In this document: in pieces, positions 57,326 through 64,000 of the stretch
Numbering within the stretch: the stretch's first letter is position 1
Layout of the letters: every line of letters begins with the position of its first letter
Translations under genes and position numbers: made by a program
From: an uncultured Gemmatimonadales bacterium
GTDB taxonomy: Bacteria; Gemmatimonadota; Gemmatimonadetes; Gemmatimonadales; GWC2-71-9
Assembly (NCBI GenBank): GCA_963730915.1
Contig: CAVSTR010000004.1
Location: forward strand, 535,014-599,013
Direction of reading: 5' to 3'
Length of the DNA stretch: 64,000 nt
Notes under the pieces: model-generated
Database searches by the model: none
Told to the model about the DNA's origin: nothing
The model's input: only the letters and a program-made list of their open reading frames with translations

Positions 57326-58741
57326 CTAGTAGTAGTCCAGGTCGAAGTAGGCCACTTGCCAGTCACCGGTGTAATAGACGGTAGCCACGGCTCGGCTTTC
57401 CGTCCCGACCCCGCGAGCATAGCACACATGTACCGCGTCCGCGCCCAGCCATTGGACGTGCCCGCCCATCGGCCGCTCACAGCCCAGGGCCGTCCATGAT
57501 TGTGCCTGTTTCAGCATCTCGGGCAGCTGGCGTCGCGCTGCGGGAAGCAGGTGACGTCGAGCGCCCGGCGCGATCCCCTTTGCATTGCCGGCGACTATCT
57601 GATGAAGCAAAGTGGAGATGGCGACCGGTGGACTGGGCCCGCCGATCGTGGAGCTGAACAGTTGTGGCGGACGCAGTGTGGGCTCGAGAATCCCGGCGAT
57701 GCCCTGGGCGATAGGACCCGGTGTAGCCTCGGCGAGGTTCGCCAGGACAGCTACACTGAGATCGAGCTCGGGGTAGCGATAGATCGCAGTCTTGAAGCCC
57801 TGCCAGGACCCGGTGTGCCCGATGCGTCGGTGGCTGCGTTGTGGCCCCAGGTCCCAGCCATAGCCGTAGGGGAACGTTCCGCCGTCGGCCAGCTTGACGG
57901 GCGTCCAAGCCTCCTCGAGCACGCGGGCAGGGGGCAAGCGCTGGGTTTTCAGCGCGATGGCCCACTTCGCCAAGTCATTGACAGTCAGGTAGAGCGCTCC
58001 ATCGGCCGTGGTATTGAGTGAGGGCGATACCCACTCCTGATTTTTTACCTCATTGTCTACCAGGCGGTATCCTGCCGCCCGATTGGGAACGATGTCGGCT
58101 TCGGATATGACGCGGGTGTGCATGCCGAGGGGCTTGAACAAGAGGTCCTGCAGCACATCGCCATAGAAACGGCCTGTCACCCGATGGACGATGACGCCCA
58201 GCAACAGATACCCGGTGTTGCTGTAGCTCCAACTGGTGCCGGCAGGAAAATCGAGCCGCTGTTTCGTGGCCACCCGGACGAGCTGGTCTTCGGTATAATC
58301 TTTCCGCAGATCGATCATCGAGTCGGTATAGTCGGGAACGCCCGAGGTATGCGTGAGCAGATGGCGCACTCTGACGCTGTCCCAAGTGCCCTTTCCCTCC
58401 GGAAACCACTTTGTAATCCGCTCGTCGAGGCTGAGCCGGCCTTGCTGGGCCAGCATTCCAACAGCAGTGGCTGTGAACTGCTTTCCCAGCGAGCCGGACT
58501 GATACACGGTACTGTCGGATGCCGGAACCCGGTGCTCGAGATTTGCAAAGCCGAATCCGCGCGCGAGCAGAATGCTGTCACCACGCACGATGGCGACGGA
58601 TAGCCCTGGGATCTTCTGCTGCCGCATCACCGCAGTGACATACCGTGCTACGGAATCGAGCGGCACGGATTGAGCGGCGAGTGATGGGGAGATCCAGGGG
58701 GCGGCGCACACCAGCACGGCCACGATGAGCATCAGCGGCAT
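57326..58741 (-). CDS. secreted serine hydrolase, beta-lactamase family
   Basis: Signal peptide, SxxK motif SGSLGKQF and YSNTGY. Confidence 0.8.
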   Translation of the reverse strand: MPLMLIVAVLVCAAPWISPSLAAQSVPLDSVARYVTAVMRQQKIPGLSVAIVRGDSILLARGFGFANLEHRVPASDSTVYQSGSLGKQFTATAVGMLAQQGRLSLDERITKWFPEGKGTWDSVRVRHLLTHTSGVPDYTDSMIDLRKDYTEDQLVRVATKQRLDFPAGTSWSYSNTGYLLLGVIVHRVTGRFYGDVLQDLLFKPLGMHTRVISEADIVPNRAAGYRLVDNEVKNQEWVSPSLNTTADGALYLTVNDLAKWAIALKTQRLPPARVLEEAWTPVKLADGGTFPYGYGWDLGPQRSHRRIGHTGSWQGFKTAIYRYPELDLSVAVLANLAEATPGPIAQGIAGILEPTLRPPQLFSSTIGGPSPPVAISTLLHQIVAGNAKGIAPGARRHLLPAARRQLPEMLKQAQSWTALGCERPMGGHVQWLGADAVHVCYARGVGTESRAVATVYYTGDWQVAYFDLDYY

Positions 58742-58787
58742 TCCATCTCCATTTCGGTCGGGAAGGGTATCTTAGATTCTCTCATCG

Positions 58788-61688
58788 ATGAGCGATATCC
58801 CCGAACGCCTGGCAGCCGCGCTCAGCGGCCGATATGTAGTGGAGCGAGAGGTCGGGGCCGGCGGCATGGCCACCGTCTATCTCGCCCGCGATCTCCGGCA
58901 CAAACGCCCCGTTGCGGTGAAGGTGGTGCGGCCGGAGCTCGGCGGCCGCGATGGGATTGACCGGTTTCTTCGCGAGATCGAGCTCGCTGCTCGCCTCCAG
59001 CATCCGCACATCCTCCCCGTTTTTGATTCTGGCGTCGTCGATGACCCCAATGGGGCTCCAATCCCCTACCTCGTGATGCCCTATGTCGAAGGGGAGACAC
59101 TGCGGCAGCTCCTCCAGCGCGAGGTCCGGTTGCCGGTCGACGCCACTATGACGATTGCGATAGAGGTGGCGGACGCTCTGGCCTATGCCCACGGAAAGGG
59201 GGTCGTGCACCGCGACATCAAGCCGGAAAACATCCTTCTCAGCGGTGGGCACGCCGTGGTTGCCGACTTCGGCGTTGCCAAGGCGCTCGAGCAGGGGACC
59301 TCGCCTGAGGTGCCGGACGTCCGCCTCACCCGGGCCGGCCTGGCGCTCGGAACGCCGCAGTACATGAGCCCGGAACAGGCGGCCGGCGACACGACGGTGG
59401 ACGCCAGGGCCGACCAGTACAGCCTTGCGTGTGTCATCTACGAGATGTTGGCTGGCGAGCCGCCTTTCGCCGGACCGACTGCCCAGGCAGTCATCGCCAA
59501 GAGTCTCACCGCTCCCCGCCCGCATGTTGGCAGGGTCCGAGCGGGTGTTCCGCCGGAGGTGGACCAGGCGGTGCTCCGCGCGCTGGCTCTCGAACCTGGT
59601 GATCGCTATACCGATATGGGCGCACTTCGCTCGGCACTGACAAGTGCACGAGGCCTGCCCACACGACCCAGTCACCGGCGGGTTGTCGGCGGTGCCTTCG
59701 CCGTGCTGGCCGGTGTATTGGCGATCGGGTGGTTTGCCACGCGCTCTCCCACTCGGATCATCGCTCCAGCCGCCCAGACGTTGGCCGTACTTCCGTTCCA
59801 CACTTCCGGTGCCGGAGTCGAGTTCCTGAGGGAGGGCATGGTCGACTTGCTGGCGACCAACTTGAGAGGCGTTGCCGGGATCAACACCGTCGATCCTCGC
59901 AATGTGCTGCGCAGGTGGGGCGACGGAGATCGTGCCGCCAATGACCTGACGCGCGCCCTCGATGTGGGCCGCGACCTCGGGGCGGGTTCAGTGGTGCTTG
60001 GCAGTGTGGTGTCCACCGGAGGCCGCGTGAGGCTGGCGGCAGATATCTACAGTGTGGCAGGCGATCGCCTGGCGCGGGCTCAGGTCGACGGAGCAGCCGA
60101 CAGCGTACTCGGCGTGGTCGATCGGCTGAGCCTCGCCCTGTTGCGCGACATCTGGCGTTCCAAGGAGCCACTGCCCAATCTGCGGCTCGCCTCTTTGACC
60201 AGCGACTCGATTGGTGCGCTGCGAGAGTACCTGCAGGGCGAAGGATATTACCGCAAGCTCGCCTGGGACTCGGCGCAGAGCGCTTACACCCGAGCGGTGG
60301 AGATCGACTCGACGTTTGCGCTCGCACATCTACGCCGGGCGCAGGTCTTCGGCTGGACCGGCGGATACGGGAACGATGAGTCCCGCACCGCGCTCGCAGC
60401 TGCTAACCGGTTTGCCACGCGGCTACCGGCGCGTGACCGCCGGCTGCTCGCCGGCTACCAGCTTTTTGATCGGGGCAAGCCGGCTTCAACCGATTCTCTG
60501 CGTGCCTATCTGGCTGCGTATCCGGAGGATGTGGACGGATGGTTCGTACTTGGCGAGGCGCTGTTCCACACGCACATCTGGCGGCCGGTCTCTCCCGAAT
60601 CTACCTATGCCGCGTTCGATAGCGTCCTTCGCCGTGACTCCACTTTGTTTCCCGCGTTGATCCATCCGGTCGAGGTTGCAGTCGCAAGTCGAGACAGTGC
60701 TCGGTTTGCCCGATATGCCTCTACGATAGAGAGGACGGCTCCATCCCCCACTACACGGGCGTTACGAACCACGTCGCAGATGGTCTGGGGACCTGAGCCG
60801 ACTGACAGCGCACTCATTGCGGCACTCCGGGACGAGCCCTCGTGGATTATCATGGCGCTCAACGCGTCGTTTAAGCGCGAGCGCGCCACCGGTGACTCAG
60901 TAGCCCAGCGGTACGCACGGGTGCAACGTGTGGGTTCAAGGTCCCCGCGATTCCAAGCGCGAGGGTACGCCGCTCGCACTCAGGTGCTGGCCGGACTGGG
61001 TCGCTGGAGAGAAATGCTCACGCTGACAGATTCCTTGAGGCCGCTGGATCCGGACAAGGCGACGCAGGTCCTCGGGTACGCCCTTGCCCTGGGTTTGGCA
61101 CCGCCTTCCTACCGTTACATGCTCGATTCTGTGGTACAGGCGCTGCCACCAGGTCCCGAAGCTGAGTACGCACGCGCGCTGGTGAGCCTCATCCACGGCG
61201 ATGTTCGGGCAGGTCGCCAGCAGATTGCTCGTATTCTGGTACAGCCGGACTCGTCAAGAATTCCTGAGGATATCCGGGCCTATCTTCTGGCGGCGGATGG
61301 CTGGGCTGCGATGCTCCAGGGCGACACCACTTCGGGCCTTCGGCGGTTGCGCGCGGGCCTCGAGCAGGCCGCCGCGCCAGGACAAGCCGAAGACAGCGGC
61401 TTCCTTCGTTTCCAGCTGGCATTGGCACTGGCGGCGCGACCTGAGACGCGGGAGGAGGGTATCGCCAGCCTGCGCTATGGGTTCGACTTCCAGCCACTGT
61501 TCATTCCCCTGACAACCCTGGCACTCGGTCGCACGTACGAGGCCGCGGGGAAGCCCGATTCCGCAGCGCTTGCGTATCGAAAGTTTATCAGGTATTGGAA
61601 TCGGGCAGAGCCGGAGCTCCAAAGCAGAGTGACCGATGCCCGTCGAGCCCTCGAGGAGCTGTCTCAGGAGCGTCCGGGCTCTCGATGA
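58788..61688 (+). CDS. Ser/Thr protein kinase with TM segment and large TPR-like C-terminal region
   Basis: GAGGMATVY, VAVK, HRDIKPENI, DFG and SPEQ, then a helical-repeat C-terminus. Confidence 0.85.
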   Translation: MSDIPERLAAALSGRYVVEREVGAGGMATVYLARDLRHKRPVAVKVVRPELGGRDGIDRFLREIELAARLQHPHILPVFDSGVVDDPNGAPIPYLVMPYVEGETLRQLLQREVRLPVDATMTIAIEVADALAYAHGKGVVHRDIKPENILLSGGHAVVADFGVAKALEQGTSPEVPDVRLTRAGLALGTPQYMSPEQAAGDTTVDARADQYSLACVIYEMLAGEPPFAGPTAQAVIAKSLTAPRPHVGRVRAGVPPEVDQAVLRALALEPGDRYTDMGALRSALTSARGLPTRPSHRRVVGGAFAVLAGVLAIGWFATRSPTRIIAPAAQTLAVLPFHTSGAGVEFLREGMVDLLATNLRGVAGINTVDPRNVLRRWGDGDRAANDLTRALDVGRDLGAGSVVLGSVVSTGGRVRLAADIYSVAGDRLARAQVDGAADSVLGVVDRLSLALLRDIWRSKEPLPNLRLASLTSDSIGALREYLQGEGYYRKLAWDSAQSAYTRAVEIDSTFALAHLRRAQVFGWTGGYGNDESRTALAAANRFATRLPARDRRLLAGYQLFDRGKPASTDSLRAYLAAYPEDVDGWFVLGEALFHTHIWRPVSPESTYAAFDSVLRRDSTLFPALIHPVEVAVASRDSARFARYASTIERTAPSPTTRALRTTSQMVWGPEPTDSALIAALRDEPSWIIMALNASFKRERATGDSVAQRYARVQRVGSRSPRFQARGYAARTQVLAGLGRWREMLTLTDSLRPLDPDKATQVLGYALALGLAPPSYRYMLDSVVQALPPGPEAEYARALVSLIHGDVRAGRQQIARILVQPDSSRIPEDIRAYLLAADGWAAMLQGDTTSGLRRLRAGLEQAAAPGQAEDSGFLRFQLALALAARPETREEGIASLRYGFDFQPLFIPLTTLALGRTYEAAGKPDSAALAYRKFIRYWNRAEPELQSRVTDARRALEELSQERPGSR

Positions 61689-61805
61689 GTAGGCCGGCAG
61701 GATGTAAGCGGGCTCACTGTGCTGCACGTACCGGCGTCCAACCTTGCGAAGGCATCACGACCGATAAGGAGGACACAGGTCCGATCGCGGTGAACAGGGG
61801 GAGTT

Positions 61806-62288
61806 ATGGCACGAAAGAGTGGCGATGAGAGAAGCGGCCAGGAACGGCGTGCCACGCCACGCGCCAATCGTCGTACGATCAAGCCCGAGGATGATACGAC
61901 GCACCTGCTGGAGCGCGGCAAAGGCCCTGCTGCCGAGCACCGGATCGATGCCAGCGTGGACCGCGCGAGCGACGTCGTCAACACCTGGGCAGAGGGCCAG
62001 TCACGGGCCGAGCGCCGTGAAGAGCCGGGCCGTCGCCTGACAAATAGCGGTCCACGAAGTCGGCGCAAATCAGACGAGAGTCTGACGCAGGAAATCCGCG
62101 AGATTTTGACTGCAGACCCGGAGCTCGAGGCTACGGACATCGAGGTCGAGGTGGAGGGCGGGGCGGTCACACTGCGTGGAGCCGTGGTGGACTCTGACGC
62201 CAGGCTGCTGGCAGAGGAGCTGGTGGAAAGCCTTTCCGGTGTCCGTGAGGTGCACAACCGGCTGAGAGTAGAGCGCGAAGAAGATTAG
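61806..62288 (+). CDS. BON domain protein with charged N-terminal region
   Basis: DIEVEVEGGAVTLRGAVVDSDARLLAEELVESLSGVREVHNRLRV. Confidence 0.7.
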   Translation: MARKSGDERSGQERRATPRANRRTIKPEDDTTHLLERGKGPAAEHRIDASVDRASDVVNTWAEGQSRAERREEPGRRLTNSGPRSRRKSDESLTQEIREILTADPELEATDIEVEVEGGAVTLRGAVVDSDARLLAEELVESLSGVREVHNRLRVEREED

Positions 62289-62289
62289 G

Positions 62290-63270
62290 GTGGCCGAGAG
62301 CACACGGAAGCCACGTCGCAAGAAAAAAACCGCCGCTGAGCCGGGCTCGCGTGGAATTCCACCGGATTCGATCGGGGCTGGCACGCCGCCGGCTGCACTC
62401 ACAGCACTGACGCAGTCTATTCACGCAGACGGGGGGACCGTCCTTGCCCCCTACAAGGACCCGCTCGGCGGCCACTGGCAAATCTTCGCCGCACTACCAA
62501 TCGATCAGGTTGAGCCCACCCCATATCAGCGTGATCTCTCCAAGCCTCACGTCGAACGCCTGTCCGAGGCGATGGACAAGCTGGGCCGCTTTCTCGATCC
62601 CATGATCGTGGTTCGGCAGGAAACCCGAGCAGGAGAGGGTCGACCCTACTGGACACCGAACGGGAATCACCGCCTGGCAGCGCTCCGCCGGCTGGGTGCC
62701 CAATCCGTCGTCGCCATCGTGGTGCCTGACATCGAGGTCGCCCATCGTATTCTGCTCCTCAACACCGAGAAGGCGCACAATCTGAGGGAGCGTGCCATCG
62801 AGGTCATCCGGCTCGCTCAACTTCTCGCAGCCGCAGAAAGTCGGCCGGAGAGGGAGTACGAGATCGAGTTCGAGGAGCCCGCGTTGCTGACTTTGGGACT
62901 TTGCTATCAGCAGAATGGCCGCTTTGCGGGAGGCGCGTATCACCCGATCCTGCGCCGGGTCGAAAAGTGGGAGACGCTAGCCCTGCCAAAGGCACTGCAA
63001 ACGCGGGCCGAGCGCGCCGCGCGTATCCTGGAGCTCGACGCGGCGGTCACGGATGCGATGAAGAAACTGAAGGAGCGGGGGTTCGACAGTCCGTATCTCC
63101 GTCCGTTCGTCATTGCACGGATCAATCCCATCCGATTCAAGCGTGGAGCAGCAGATGCCGACGAGGTCATCGATACCATGCTGGCATCAGCGCGCAAGTT
63201 CGACGCTGGTCGGGTGCGCGCCGATCAGGTCGCGAAGGCCGGCGGCGCGCCGGAGGAAGCCGAGGGGTAG
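62290..63270 (+). CDS. ParB/Srx-fold N-terminal domain protein (orphan ParB-like)
   Basis: LPIDQVEPTPYQRDL..WTPNGNHRLAALRRLG..LLLNTEKAHNLRERA. GTG 62290 lies 1 nt after the BON stop. Confidence 0.65.
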   Translation: MAESTRKPRRKKKTAAEPGSRGIPPDSIGAGTPPAALTALTQSIHADGGTVLAPYKDPLGGHWQIFAALPIDQVEPTPYQRDLSKPHVERLSEAMDKLGRFLDPMIVVRQETRAGEGRPYWTPNGNHRLAALRRLGAQSVVAIVVPDIEVAHRILLLNTEKAHNLRERAIEVIRLAQLLAAAESRPEREYEIEFEEPALLTLGLCYQQNGRFAGGAYHPILRRVEKWETLALPKALQTRAERAARILELDAAVTDAMKKLKERGFDSPYLRPFVIARINPIRFKRGAADADEVIDTMLASARKFDAGRVRADQVAKAGGAPEEAEG

Positions 63271-63304
63271 ACTTACCCGCACACGTCTAGTTGGGAGACT
63301 TGGC

Positions 63305-64000
63305 ATGCTCATCCAGTACCGCAGTCCATTATCTGCCCTGAGCGTCACCGTGGTGTTGAGCCTGATGGGAGGATCGTGCGGTGGTCGCGATGCCGCCCAG
63401 CGCGCTGCGGCCGACAGCGCCCTGGCCGATTCCGCGGCCATCTACGATCAAGAGTCCATCATGCTGCGCAAGGTTGGGCAAACGCCCAATCTCGATGGAC
63501 CTGAATCGGCCCGGTACGATAAGGATTTGGATGTCTGGTTTGTCTCCAACGTCAACGGCCCGCCCTCCGGGAAAGACAACAATGGATACATCAGCCGGCT
63601 TCGGCCCGATGGAGCGCCGTACACCGTCAAGTTCATCGAGGGTGGAAAGAAAGGTGTGACGCTGAACGCACCGAAAGGCCTGGCCATCAACGGCGATACG
63701 CTGTGGGTGGCCGACATCGACGTCGCGCGTGCGTTCAACAAGCGCACTGGAGCCCTCATCGCCAACGTCGCCACACAGGGTCAGGCCCGGTTCCTCAATG
63801 GTGCAGCCATAGGGCCCGACGGAGCGGTCTACATGACTGACACCGGGGTGCTTTTCGGACCCAAGGGCGACGTCTCGCACCCGGGACCCGATCAGATCTT
63901 GCGCGTCACCAGGGGCGGCGTGAGTGTGGCTCTAACCTCGCCAACGCTCGAAGGTCCCAATGGGATTACCTGGGATCCCCAACGCCAGCGTTTCGTCGTT
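63305..64000 (+). CDS. lipoprotein with beta-propeller repeats (SMP-30/gluconolactonase/LRE- or NHL-like), 3' end outside window
   Basis: My translation from ATG 63305: MLIQYRSPLSALSVTVVLSLMGGSCGG...GLAINGDTLWVADI..GAAIGPDGAVYMTDTG..GPNGITWDP. It is open to the window end and not in the ORF track. Confidence 0.55.
   Translation, partial: MLIQYRSPLSALSVTVVLSLMGGSCGGRDAAQRAAADSALADSAAIYDQESIMLRKVGQTPNLDGPESARYDKDLDVWFVSNVNGPPSGKDNNGYISRLRPDGAPYTVKFIEGGKKGVTLNAPKGLAINGDTLWVADIDVARAFNKRTGALIANVATQGQARFLNGAAIGPDGAVYMTDTGVLFGPKGDVSHPGPDQILRVTRGGVSVALTSPTLEGPNGITWDPQRQRFVV

Overview
This is a high-GC (about 64 %) bacterial chromosomal segment. The gene content (CarboxypepD_reg-type TonB receptor, DUF5916 outer-membrane protein, several Ser/Thr kinases, beta-lactamase-fold hydrolases) suggests a soil Gemmatimonadota/Acidobacteriota-like organism, but that is inference only. 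All family assignments come from reading the ORF translations and recalling family signatures; no search was run.

Layout:
- (i) 1-4.5 kb: trehalose-phosphatase tail, POT peptide transporter, HEAT protein, DUF5916 OMP.
- (ii) 4.77-16.47 kb: an 11-gene, translationally coupled operon. It holds GT4, 2 PaaK/F390-synthetase-like adenylating enzymes, 2 ATP-grasp ligases, a BKACE enzyme, 2 FemAB-like and 2 small GNAT proteins, and a formyltransferase. I cannot assign it to a known pathway.
- (iii) 16.5-30 kb: housekeeping genes. These are rhodanese, pdxH, a TonB receptor, a GH lipoprotein, and a sulfate-assimilation operon (cysH-cysI-cbiX/cobA) preceded by a Cys/Met-rich mini-ORF plus intrinsic terminator. 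pepP and a TPP riboswitch-thiC unit follow.
- (iv) 30.2-35.5 kb: gamma-glutamylation-type amine catabolism cluster.
- (v) 36.0-45.0 kb: an integron-type gene-cassette array. It has about 10 full and 3-4 decayed attC sites and 13-14 cassettes, with no integrase anywhere in the window (CALIN-like). Cassettes include a TIR-like protein, an Imm21-like immunity protein, and a reverse-oriented arsR-SRPBCC unit with its own palindromic operator.
- (vi) 45-64 kb: mixed genes (cupin, VOC, BNR lipoprotein, metallopeptidase, LigD polymerase domain, PAP2, second SRPBCC-ArsR pair, two Ser/Thr kinases, BON, ParB-like).

Two features run across the whole window. First, about 20 reading-frame disruptions, nearly all at mononucleotide runs, break at least 14 genes, so many ORF-track entries are fragments or artificial fusions. 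Second, a GTCATCCCGAGCG...CGCTCGGGATGAC REP/MITE-like repeat family is present, and one copy sits inside the TPP riboswitch.
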